Source: the human T2T-CHM13v2.0 reference genome, Homo sapiens
Length of the DNA stretch: 64,000 nucleotides
Assembly: GCF_009914755.1 (NCBI RefSeq)
Contig: NC_060938.1
Direction: 5' to 3' (one strand)
A program made the translations under genes and the position numbers. A model generated the notes under the pieces. It saw only the letters and a program-made list of their open reading frames with translations. It searched no databases and was not told where the DNA came from. This document shows, one piece after another, positions 1 through 13,173 of this stretch (its first letter is position 1; each line of letters begins with the position of its first letter).

Positions 1-1839
1 TGCTAGAAAACTTTTACTACTCCAAAAATTTCCTTTTGAGGCTTTTTGTAATCAATCCCTGACATATTATCTAACATCTGCAGCAGTGGAGGAATGTTAG
101 GCATTTGGGGGCCTGGGATAAGGCATGGGATGAAGAAATTAACTCCTTTTAGAGCCTTTATCCAGTCATCTCATTTTCAGCCTAAATCCCTGCTTTCAGA
201 TGTACACAGTATTCTAATTCCTCATTCTTGCTAGGATTTTGCCTATAAAATGAACGTCTCTTAAAATCCCGCCCTTCCACCACCCTACAGAGTTAAGTTT
301 GAGGTTTTCCAACTTTGATAAGTCACCACTTATTCATCTATTTTAAACCTACACTTTATTAGCTCTTTCTTTTTCATTATCACCATAAAGCATATGCTCT
401 TTGCCCTTTGAGTTTATTATTTTACTAAAATTTACTGGAGATTAAGACAGAAGCAGACATTAATATGTGTACTTAATATTTTATATTTAAAGAAATATAT
501 AACATGGATAGAATTTGAAAGTGAAATTATTGAGTAAAAAAAAATCAAGTTCCAAAAAATGCACAGATGACATCACCAATTATGTAAATACATAGATATT
601 TTTAAAGGAGTGGACAAGTATACACATGTATCTCAGTATTTTCTTATGAAGATGGTGTAGGATGTGCGTAAAATGGAAACAACAGGAACACTAATGTTCA
701 CTGTAATGTTCTACTTTGTTTAAAAAATATTCTAAACTAAAAAGGTAAATTATTATAATTTTTAAATTTAATACAGAGGGGTATGTATGTCTATCATAAT
801 ATTATTTTTAACTTTGTATATATTTTAAGTATCTCATAATTTAAAAGGTAAAATTTATCACGGTAAAGTTTTCTTAATGGTCAATAATATATTTAGGTCC
901 CTGATGATTATATATTTATCATGAGACAGACTTCTGGGAATTAGTATCAGATAAGATGACATATTAGATTTCTATATTTTGTCCACTAGCTTTCAATTTC
1001 CAACATGGAAAATGTCACCAATTTATACATGCAGCAGATAAAATTATAAATAACATTTTCTTAAAGACTAACCTGAGACATTCTTTATAGCAATATAGTA
1101 AGTGACAGTAATGAAACCAAATATGCCACCTAATAAGCAGAAAGGAAAAAAAAAACCATGCTTCCTGGACAGATATTCAATATCAATGTGCTTTTGGATC
1201 TCTTTTCTTTACTAAGAATCCTATAATAATCCATAATAATTTGGCTATTATTTCATAATCTATAGAAAGAATGCTATTACAGACATTTACAACTGCTTAA
1301 TTTTCTTCATGTAAAATACCAAATTTTTCACAAGTTTTAAAAGTTATCAATATCCTTAGCTGGTAAGAAATGGGACAGAAAAAAATCACACAAAGGCATG
1401 ACACATTTTGCTTAACTCCAGTAATTATACATTATAGGTATAAAACACATATGCCCACCATTTTCATCACTGTAGCTAGTAAGTTTTCATTGTCATTGGC
1501 CAGGTGGCAGATCTGTTCACATTCCAAAAATTTACTTTTGAAGATCCCTACAAAGGGCTCCCCTTGGCATTAGTCAACAGCAGAGCTATGTCTGCTTTAA
1601 TGTGAACACTTGGTCTCAACATCTGTCATTTTCTTTGCAGCTCATGCCCAGCATCCTTGCTTTTTCTCTTTGTTTCCAGGCATTTGCTGTCTGTATTATG
1701 TTACTTTGCCTTTATCTTCTCCTTTGTTTTGAAAGATACTTATTTCAATAGAAAAATCTCTAAATTGTCGACTGTAAATGTAATTAATGCTGATTAAAAC
1801 ATTCAAGTAATGCATTTATACAATTGAATATAAAATGCC

Positions 1840-2195
1840 CCTGAGTAACATGCATTGGCTGCAACCATTGGATTAATATACTATATGCTAAATGTGAAAG
1901 ATTCACTTTATTTTCAATGGCACAAATAGATTGAAAGTAAAAGTATGGAAAAATATAGTCTTTGCAAACAGTAACTAAAAGAGATCTGCTGTGGCTGTAC
2001 TAAAATCAGGCAAAATAGAGTTTAAAACAAATCATAATGCAAAGAAAGATATTTTATAAAGATAACAGGAGGAATCGATGAAGAATATATAAGAACTATA
2101 AACACTATAAGCACTTAACAAGAAAACCTTAAAATACACTAAACAAACACTGACAGATTTAGATTTAAGGAGAGAAATAGCAAGTTCAACAAGAG
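1840..2195 (+). mobile_element. Old L1 (L1MB-like) ORF2 endonuclease-region fragment; continues at 8296
   Basis: A-rich L1 ORF2-like text (cacaaatagattgaaagtaaaagtatggaaaaatat...gctgtggctgtactaaaatcaggcaaaatagagtttaaaac); boundaries approximate. Confidence 0.7.
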
Positions 2196-3789
2196 TCACC
2201 CTGTTGTGCTATCAAATTGTAGGTCTTATTAATTCTTACAATTTTTGAACCCATTAACTATCCCCACTTCCTTCCCAGCCACCCATTGACTCCCTCAACC
2301 TTTACCATCCCTCTACTCTCTATGTCCATGAATTCAGTTGTTTTGCTTTTTAGATCCCACAAATAAGTAAGAACATGCAATGCATGCCTTTCTGTGCGTG
2401 GCTTATTTCACTTAAATTAATGATCTCCAGTTCCATCCATGTTGTTGAAAATGACTGGATCTCATTTTTATGGTTGAATAGTACTCCATTGTGTAGATGT
2501 ACCACATTTTATTTATCCATTCATCTGTTGATGGACACTTAGGTTGCTTCCAAACCTTAGCTATTACAAACAGTGCTTCAACAAACATAGGAGTGTAGAT
2601 TTCTTTTTGATATTCTGATTTTCTTTCTTTTGGATATATACTCAACAGTGGGATTGCTGGATCATATGATAGCTCAATTTTTAGTTTTTTGAGGAAGATC
2701 CAAACTGTTCCCCATAGTGGTTTCACTAACTGTCATTCCCACCAACAATGGACAAGAGTTCCCTTTTCTCCACATCTTCCCCAGCATATGTTTTTGCCTC
2801 TCTTTTAGATATAAGCCATTTTAACTTGAGTGAGATAACATCTCATTGTAGTTTTGATTTGCATTTCTCTAATGATCAGTGATGTTGAGCACCTTTACAT
2901 ATGCCTGTTTGCCATTTGTATATCTCCTTTTGAAAAGTGTCTATTCAAATATTTTGCCCATCTTTTGATTGGATTATTAGATTTTTTTCCTATAGTGTTA
3001 TTTCAGGTACTTTTATTAATATATTTTGTTTGTTAATCATTTATCACATAGATAGTTTGAAAATACTTTCTTCCATTGTGAGGATTGTCTCTTCACTTTG
3101 TTGATTGTATCTTTACTGTCCAGAAGCATTTTAAACTTCATGTGATCCCACTTGCCCACTTTTGCTTTAGTTACCTGGGTTTGTGGGATATTGCTCAAGA
3201 AATGTTTGCCCAGAATAATGTCCTGGAGATTTTCCCCAATGTTCTCTTGTAGACATTCATGGTTTGAGGGTTTTAGATTTAAATATGTAAGCCATTTTGA
3301 TTTGATTTTTGTAAATGGTAAGAGATAGGCATCTCTTTTCATTCTTCTGCATATGGATATCCAGTTTTCCCAGCACCATGTATTGAAGAGATTGTCCATT
3401 CCCCACTGAATGTTCTTGCAACCTTTGTCAAAAATGAGTTCACTGTGGGTGCGTGGATTTGTTTCTCAGTTCTCTATTCTGTTTTATTTGTTTATGTGTC
3501 TGTTCTTATGCCAGTATCTTGCTGTTTTCATTACTATAGCTCTGTAGTATGATTTCAAGTTAGGTAATGTGATTCCTCCAGTTTTTGTTCTTTTTGCTTA
3601 GGAGAGCTTTGTCTATTTATTGTAGCCTTCACCCTCGGGGATTATTTATAGCCGTTCTTCTTAGGAAGGCTTTCCAGATATTTGAAAGGACTTTGATGCT
3701 GTAATCTAAGCTGTTTCTGCTTTAGGGGGCACCCCAAGCCTAGTAATGCTGTGGTTCTGGCAGACTTGTAGAGGTACCACCTTGATGGT

Positions 3790-6043
3790 TGCATTAGCCC
3801 TTTTTCATGCTGCTGATAAAGACAGACCTGAGACTGGAAAGAAAAACAGTTTTAATTGGATTTACAGATTCACATGGCTGGGGATGCCTCAGAATCATGG
3901 CAGGAGGTGAACAGCTCTTCTTAAATGGTGGCAGCAAAAGAAAAATGAGGAAGGTACAAAAGCAGAAACCCCTGGTAAAACCATCAGATCTCGTGAGACT
4001 TATTCACTACCATGAGAACTGTATGGGAGAAACCACCTCCATGATTCAAAGTATTTACCACCAGGTTCCTCCCACAACACATAGGAATTATGGGAGTACA
4101 ATTCAAGATGATATTTGGGTGGGGACACAGCCAAACCAGATCATTCCGTTGCTGGCCCCTCCAAATCTCATGTCCTCATATTTCAAAACCAGTCATGCCT
4201 TCCCAATAGTCCCCCAAAGTCTTAACTCATTTCAGCATTAACCCAAAAGTCCACAGTCTAAAGTCTCATCTGAAACAAGGCAAGTTCTTTCCACCTATGG
4301 GCCTGTAAAAATCAAAAGAAAGCTAGTTCCTTCCTAGATACAATGGGGATAAAGATATTAGGTTAATACAGCCATTCAAAATGGGAGAAATTGGCCAAAA
4401 CAAAGTGCTTACAGGGCCCATGAAAGTCTGAAATCCAGCAAGGCAGTCAAATTTTAAAGTTAAAAAATGATGTTCTTTGACTCCATATCTTACATCCAGG
4501 TCATGCTGATGCAAGAGGTAGGTTTCCATAGACTTGGGCAGCTCCATCTCTATGGCTGCCCCTCCTGTATAGAGGAGTATAGGACCCCTCCTGACTGCTT
4601 TCATGGGCTGGTGTTGATGTCTGTGGCTTTTCCAGATGCATGGTGCAAGCTGTTGGTCGATCTACCATTCTGAGGTCTGGAGAATGGTGGTCCTCTTCTC
4701 ACAGCTCCAACAGGAGTTGCCCCAGTAGGGACTCTGTGTGGAGCCTCTGATCCCACGTTTTCCTTCCACAGTACCCTAGGAGAGGTTCTCCCTGCTCCTG
4801 CAGCAAACTTTTGCCTAGGCATCCAGGAGTTTCCATACATCTTCTGAAATCCAGGTGAAGGTTCCCAAATATCAATTCTTGACTTCTGTGCACCCACAGG
4901 CTCAACACCACATGGAAGCTGTCGAGACTTTTGGCTTGCACCCTCCAAAACCATGGGTTGAGCTGTAATCTTGGCCCCTTTTAGCAGTGGCTGGAGTGGC
5001 TGGCACTCAGAGCACCAAGTCCCTAGGCTGTACACAGCATGGGAACCCTGGGCCTGGCCCCCAAAACCATTTTTTCCTCCTAGGCTTCTGGTTCTGTGAT
5101 GGGAGGGACTATGATGAAGACTTCTGACATGCCCTGGAGACATTTTCCCCATTGTCTTGGGGATTATCATGTGAATCCTTTTTACTTATGCAAATTTCTG
5201 CAGCCAGCTTGAATTTCTCATCAAAAAATTAATTTTTCTTTTCTACTGCATCATCAAGCTGCAAATTTTCCAAACTCAAATTTTCAAGTCACCTCTTAAA
5301 TGTTTTGCTGCTTAGAAAGTTCTTCTGCCAGATACCCTAAATCATCTCTCTCAAGTTCAAAGTTCCACAGATCTCTAGGGCAGGAGCAAAATGCTGCCAG
5401 TCTCTTTTCTAAAACATATCAAGAGTCACCTTTGCTCCATTTCCCAACAAGTTCCTTATCTTCATGTGAGATCATCTCAGCCTGGATTTCATTGTCCATA
5501 TCATTATCAGTATTTTGTCCAAGCCATTCGACAAATCTCCAGGAGGTTCCAAACTTTCTCAAATTTTCCTGTCTTCTTCTGAGCCCTCCAAACTGTTCCA
5601 ACCTCTGCCTGTTTCCCAGTTCCAAAGTCACTTTCACATTTTTGGGTATCTTTTCAGCAGCACCCCACTCTACTAGTACCAATTTACTGTATTAGTCAGT
5701 TTTCATTCTGCTGATAAAGACATACTTGAGACTGGGAAGAAAAAGAGGTTTAATTGGACTTATAGTTCCACATAGCTGGGGAGGCCTGAGAATCATAGTG
5801 GAGGGTGAAAGGTACTTCTTACATGGCAATGGCAAGAGAAAAATGAGGAAGATGCAAAAGCGGAAATCCCTGGTAAAACCATCAGATCTCATGAAACTTA
5901 TTTACTACCACGAGAACAGTATGGGGGAAACCTCCCCCATGATTCAGATTATCTCCCACCAGATCCCTCCCACAACATCTAGGAATTATGGGAGTACAAT
6001 TCAACATAAGATTTGGGTGGGGACACAGAGCCAAACCATATCA
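3790..6043 (-). mobile_element. Full-length THE1 (THE1C-like) MaLR element: LTR 3790-4143, internal 4144-5687, LTR 5688-6043
   Basis: Two similar ~355-bp LTRs (tg(c/t)attag...ccaaacca(g/t)atca); degenerate 5-bp TSD atggt/acgga; the host L1 resumes on both sides. Confidence 0.9.
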
Positions 6044-6255
6044 ACGGACTTAGAAATATATGGGACAATTATATGGATTACCTGGCAGAGACTTGTTCTT
6101 TTCCCTTACTTTCTCCCAAACATACAGTCTCTCTCTCTATTCTGAGCCACCTGAAGCTGGGGGTGTAGTGACATAAGCGCCTCTGTGGCCACCACCACTA
6201 TGACTGCACTGGGTCAGGCCTGAAACCAACACAGCACTGGGTTTCACCCAAGGCC

Positions 6256-6479
6256 TTCCGCTTTTGCATCTTCCTCATTTTTCTCTTGCCATTGCCATGT
6301 AAGAAGTGCCTTTCACCCTCCACTATGATTCTCAGGCCTCCCCAGCTATGTGGAACTATAAGTCCAATTAAACCTCTTTTTCTTTCCAGTCTCAAGTATG
6401 TCTTTATCAGCAGAATGAAAACTGACTAATACAGTAAATTGGTACTAGTAGAGTGGGGTGCTGCTGAAAAGATACCCAA
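6256..6479 (+). repeat. 224-bp inverted duplicate of 5642-5865 (THE1 LTR/internal junction)
   Basis: Manual reverse-complement comparison gives 222/224 identical; ORFs 5726+ and 6198- encode nearly the same peptide. Confidence 0.95.
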
Positions 6480-7652
6480 CCATTCCCTGGCTGCTGCTTA
6501 TGTTTGCCCAAAGCCCTGGGGCTCTGCAATAAACAGGTGGCAATGCCAGCCAGGCTTGTGACCTTCCCTTCAGGGCGACGAGATACCCCAGGCCCCAAGT
6601 GGGTCCAGAAGTGCTCTCCAAGTGTCACGGACTAGAATGAAAAACCTTAGAAGTCTACCTGGTATTCTGTTGTATTGCAACTGAGCTGGCTCTCACACCA
6701 CAAAACACAGTCCATCCTACTCTTTTCTCCCCTTTCCAAAGGCAAAGGAACCTTATCCGATAGCCACCATCACCCCTTGCCACAGGAGTACTGCCAGATT
6801 ACCACTGATGTTTTCTTAAGACTCAAGGTCTCTGAAGTCAGCTTGTGGTGAATGCTGCCTGGCCTGGGACTCACTCTTTAGTGCAGTGGGCTCCCCTCTG
6901 GCCCAGGGAATGTCCAGAAATGCCATACAAGAGTCATGTCCTTGAATGGAAAACCCCAAGAACCTGCTAGGTGCTCTACCCCATTGTGGCAGTGTTGCTG
7001 CCTGAAGCCAGCAAGTCTCAGAGACTCACCAAGGCCCTCTAGTACCAGGTATCACTGCTGGTTAGTCAGGGTCCAAGCGCCCTTCAGTTAGCAGGTAATA
7101 AATGCTGGAAGGACTGGGTCATTTCTTTCAAGGAGGCAGGTTCCCCTCTGGTTTGGGGTGTGTCTATAGATGTCATCTGGGAGCTAGGGCCTGAACAAGG
7201 GCCTCATGGCTCTGACTGGTACCCTATCCTGCTGCACCTGAGCTGGTATCCAAGATGTAAGACAAAATCCTCCCTGCTATTCCCTCTCTTCTCTTCAAGG
7301 AAGGGATCTCATTTGGAGTCAGGAGCTGTGCAGCCTGGGGTTATGGGAGGAGTGATGCCAGCACTACCTTGGCTGCCCCAGCTCGTGTCTCTGTATGTTG
7401 CCTGCCCCCACAGTCCACCGTCTCTGGGCCTAGTTCAGCCCTTGGACTCACCTAAGAGTTTCAGTCCTTATGGCCCAGACTGATTTCCAAGTTTACTTAG
7501 GGACATAGAGCACTTTGGCCCTCTGTAGCAAGGTTTGCAGGCACTCAAGTTCTAACCGCTGACATTGGCAATTCCTCTCTAAGGGCTGGTTTAAATGCTC
7601 CCTCCATGAGCGGGCGCCATCTGAATTTGGTCTAGTTTTCTTTTTGCACTAA

Positions 7653-8200
<548 letters not shown>

Positions 8201-8295
8201 TGTTTTTTCTAAGTAGATCGTTGTTAACTTGGTGTCCCTGCAGGGAAGATGATAAGTGGAGCTTTCTATCCCACTGTCTTGCTCTGTCTCTCTCC

Positions 8296-11200
8296 AAAAT
8301 ACACATTTTTCTAACATGTACATGGAATGCTCTCCAGGATAGGCCACATGTTATGTAGCAAAACTAATCTGAATAAATTTTAAAAGATTGAAATAATTAA
8401 AAGCAAGTTCTTCAAACAAATGGAATTAAGTTAGAAATTAATACAAATGCAATTTTTAAAATTCAAAAATACGTGGAAATTCAAAAACACACTCTGTATT
8501 TATCTTTTTCTGCTGCTGTTACAAAGTGTCACAAACTTAAAACAATGAAAATTTACTGTCTCACAGTTCCAGAAGCTACATATCTGAAATTAAGCTGTTA
8601 GCATGATCGTACTTCCTCTAAAACCAGTAAAGATGCCTTTCCTTGCCTTTTTCTAGCCACTGGTAGTTTGCTGGCAACCTTGGTTTTCCTTGAATTGCAA
8701 CTACATAACTCTAATTTGTGCATCATCACCACATGGCATTTTCCTTGTATGTCTGTCTTCATAAAGCCATCTTCTTATAAGGACGCTGGTCATCATGGAT
8801 TACAGGCCTATCCTACTCCAGTATAACCTTGTTGACTTAACTAATCTCCTCTGCAACAACCCTATTTCCAAATAAGACCACATTCTGCAACAGTGGATGC
8901 TAGAACTTCAGTATATCTTTTGAGAAGAGTGGTATTATTAAACTTATAACACACTGCTGAGTAATAAAAGAGTCATAAAGAAATTGCAAGATAACTTAGG
9001 GAAAAAAAAACAAGTGCCAATGAATATCTCTTATGAATATAGACATAAAAATCCTTAATGAAATAATAGAAAACAGAATCCAGCAGTACATTAAAAAGAT
9101 TAAACATGACCTTGTAGAATTTGGCTAGTTTTCAAGTTTAACATATGAAATTATTCAATATAAGACACCACAATAATAAAGAAAAGAAGAAAAAACATCT
9201 CAAAATATGCAGAAAAACATTTTACAAAATGTTTTCATTTGTTCGGTATTAATAAAAATACTGAACAAAGAATAAAATGGAATTTCCTCAACCTGATAAT
9301 AAGCATCTATAAAAACTCCACAGTTAATACCATATTTAATGATGAAATACTAAAAGTTTTACTTCTGAGATAAGGAACAAATCATGATATCTGTTATTTT
9401 CACTTCTATTCAACATTATCTTAGAAGTTCTAACCAGGGAAATTGGCAATAAAACGAGATAAAATCATCCAGATGAAAGAAAAAAAGTATCTCTATTCAC
9501 AGGTGACAGGATCTTATATATACAGAAATCCTGAAGAACACATAGATACACAAACTATTGCAATGAATATATGTGTTCATAAAAGCTTCAAGATATAATA
9601 TTAGGATACAAACATTAGTTGTATTTCTATGCATTAGCACTGTACAACTCTATATTGAAATTTAAAAATCAATTCCATTTTAAATGGAATCTGAATTAAT
9701 AAAATACTAAGGAATACATTTAACCAAAGAAGTATGAGGCCTGTACATGGACAACTAAAAAATATTGTAAAATAAATTAAAAAGAATATTTAAAATGCAA
9801 GATATCCATCCCATGTTCATGAATTATAAGACTCAATATTGTTAATATGGTTATACAAAACTAATTGTTCCACAGAGTCAATGCTACCTTTTCAAAATTC
9901 CAGCTACCTTTTTGAAGAATTAGACAACCCTTATCAAAATTCAAACTGCCTTTTTGTAGAAATAGACAATATAATCCTGCAATATAAGTGCAAATGCAAG
10001 AAACACCAGATTGTTAAAACAATATTGGAATTAAAGAACAAAGTTATATAAATCATACTTCATAATTTTACAATGTAAAAGAAAGCTACAATAAGCAAAG
10101 CAGTGTTGTACTGTCATAAGGATAGACATATAGATAGATGGAATAGAATTGAGTAATTAGAGACTGTTATTGAAGAAGGTCTATTGCTTTTCAAGAAGGC
10201 CAAGATTATTCATGGGAAAAGAACAGTCTTTTCAAAAATTGGAACTGATATGCCTAGATATCCACATGCAAAATAATAAAATTGTAGCCCTAATGAATCT
10301 AATATGTAACTGTAAGAGCTACAACTGTAAAACTCTTAGAAGGAAAAATAGGTATAAACCTTTATAAGCTTGCATTATAAAAGTTTCTTAAATATGAGAC
10401 CTAAAGCACAATAAACAATAAAAAATTATTAACTTGGAAGTTATCAAAGTGAAAAATGTGTGTCAAAAGTCACTGTCAAAAAAGTAAGAATACAACCCCA
10501 GAATGGGAGAAAATATTTGCAATTTATGTATCTTTTAAGGGTTTAGTATCCTGAATATATTTTTAAAACACCACTCAACAATAAAAAGACAACCCAATTT
10601 TTTTACATTGACAAAGGACATGAAAAGACATTTCTCCAAAGAACATAAACAAATTGCCAATAAAGACATGAAAAAAAATGTGATAAAAGTTATTAGTGAA
10701 ATGCAAATCAAACCCAGTGTGAGATACCACTCCACACATACTAAATTGGTATAATAATGTTACAAAGAAAAAGAAAATAGCAAATGTTGACAAGGATGTA
10801 GAAAAATCAAAACCTTCATCCATTGCTCGTGGGAATATCAGTGACACTGCTGTGGAATGGTATAGTTTGGCAGTTTCTCAAAGAGTAAAATACAGAGTCA
10901 CCATACAGCCTACCAATTACACTCCTATGAATATAAACAAGAAGATTCAAAACATATGTAGAACAAAAACTTGTACACAAATGTCCATGGCAGTATTATT
11001 CATAATAGCCAAGGGGTGGAAATAACCCAGCGGCTCTCCGACTGAACAACGATAAACAAAATGTGCTATACCCATACACTAGAATATTGTTAAACCATAA
11101 AAAGGAAGGAAGCTCTAATACATGACTTTGGTACAGATGCACTTACAAGCACTAAGCTAAATGAAACAGTTCAAACACAAAATACATTTATGTGAGTCCA

Positions 11201-11460
11201 TTTTAAAAATAAACATCTATAACAGGCAAAATCATAGAGACAGAAAGTAGATTAGTGACTGCCAGGATATGGAGAGAGGGCAAAATGGGATTGACTGCTA
11301 ACAGATATGAGTTTTCTCTTTGGAGTAATGAAAATGTTCTGGAATTAGAGAGTGATGATTATTTTGCAACATTTTAAAGATTCTAAAAATCAACTGATTG
11401 TACTCTTTCATATGCTTGAAATAATGAATTTTATGTTATATACATTTTATCTCAATAAAA
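8296..11460 (+). mobile_element. Old L1 (L1MB7/8-like) ORF2 and 3' end, interrupted by an MLT1 LTR
   Basis: Decayed ORF2 motifs (cttctattcaacatt, gaaatgcaaatcaaacc); L1MB-type 3'UTR ending ttttatctcaataaaa. Confidence 0.8.
8495..8951 (-). mobile_element. MLT1-family solo LTR
   Basis: tgtattt...ataaca termini; gtctcacagttccagaagc and ccctatttccaaataagaccacattctg motifs; TSD cactc/cactg. Confidence 0.8.
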
Positions 11461-12929
11461 CATATCTAAAAACAAACAATGCCTCAAGAGATATCTCTGT
11501 ATTTTCCTAGTGGTCTGTTGAATAAATAAAATTTGTCTAAAAATGAAAATAATAAAACTCATTATCATACCTGTTGCCAAATTGCCTTTTTGAAATTGAG
11601 ATCTAGTTTATGCTTTCATCAAAACGAAAGTACTTTCCACCAAGAAAGCAAAGCGTGTATTCTTGTTTTTATAGTTCTTTCACAAATTGGCACTTCAAAA
11701 TGCTATTAAATATTTTAATTTGTATGTGATTCATTTTAGTGAGGTTTAGACCCTTTTTATATACTTATTACCTATCTTAACTTTTATGAGTAGCCTGTTT
11801 AGGTGTTCACTGTTTTTTAAGTTATTTGTTATGTTTTACATTTTAAACTAGAATATTCTTATTTTCAAAAATACTCCAATACAGAATGTATGAAGAAAAA
11901 AGGGAATTCCTGGGTTTGCACACCCAGCTCAACTTCCAAAAGCAAAACATGAATTTAAGATCTTTTGCTTTGAATATAATAAGCTATCCTCTTTATCAAC
12001 ACTGCATTAGAATATCTGTTTTGCACACCATTCCTAATATTGTTTTGTTAAAATTTTAATGTTTTATAATATTATTAAGAAAACGTTATACTATGGTTTG
12101 CTATCTCTATCATTTGTGTGGCAGAATATCCATTGTGTACTTATTGTTATCTGTATTTTCTGTGTGAATCACCTCTTTATAGCCTTTGACCATCTTTCCT
12201 TTCAGTTAATAGCCTATTCATTTGTAAGAGTTCTTCATATAGTATGACAATTAGTCAATTTTCTGTTAATACATGGCTAATATTTGATTCTAGTCTCAGT
12301 TTTCACTATGTTCATCATTCAAAATATTTTAATATTTTTGGGTAAAATCTGAATATATTTTTCTATATGGCTGGTAAGTTTCATGTCCACCTGCAAATGC
12401 CAATTTTTTCCAAGATTATGAGTCTTGTACATTTTTTATTTAGTTTGCAGTACATTTCAATATACTTTGAAATGTATTGCTTTTGGAACTCATTTGATAT
12501 AAGTTATTATTTAAGTCACCTTTAATCCCTCTTTTAATATAACCTTGTCCAAGTTATACTGTCCATGATGTTTGGACGATAGGTGAATTAAGAAACTTAT
12601 TATATTGTTTCCTTATATAGGTTGAAATAACAAATGGTTTAGAATATTTAAAATGTTCTCCTCTGAACCACATAAGTTAGCCTTGTTTACTTTTGCTTTT
12701 ATACAAGTCACATTTTGAAGAATACCAACATTTCCCCAAGGTTTCAAAATGCCAATCTTTCCAAAAGTTTTTTCTAAAAAATATCATCAACAAAATAATT
12801 GTGGTTTTTTTCCTGTAATTAGAGATAATTTTAGATTTTTTCTCTATTACCATAAACAAGGCTTTCCAGAAGAAACCTGAATAATAGTAATAATAACAAT
12901 GATAATAAGCAATTTTTTCTTCATTCCAT

Positions 12930-13173
12930 TTTTTAATTAATTTAATTTAATTTATATTTTTAGAGACAGGATCTCACTCTGTTGCCCAGGCTGTAACCTC
13001 AAACTCCTGGGCTCAAGTGATCCTCTCACCTCAGCCTACCAAGTAGCTAGGACTGTAGGTGTGCACTACTATGCCTGGATATGTTTTTAAACTTTTAGTA
13101 GAAACAGAGTCTTTCCCAATCTGGTCTCAAACTCCTGGCCTCAAGCAATCTTCGCATTTTGGCCTCCCAAAGT
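12930..13173 (-). mobile_element. Decayed AluJ-like element with internal deletions
   Basis: gagacaggatctcactctgttgcccaggctg...ctcctgggctcaagtgatcctctcacctcagcc...ggcctcccaaagt. Confidence 0.85.

Noticed and set aside
4601-5170. 189-aa ORF, with similar ORFs at 25792-26704 and 51172-52210 suggesting a gene family
   Set aside because: These are remnants of the THE1/MaLR internal ORF in three paralogous elements, each broken at different places.
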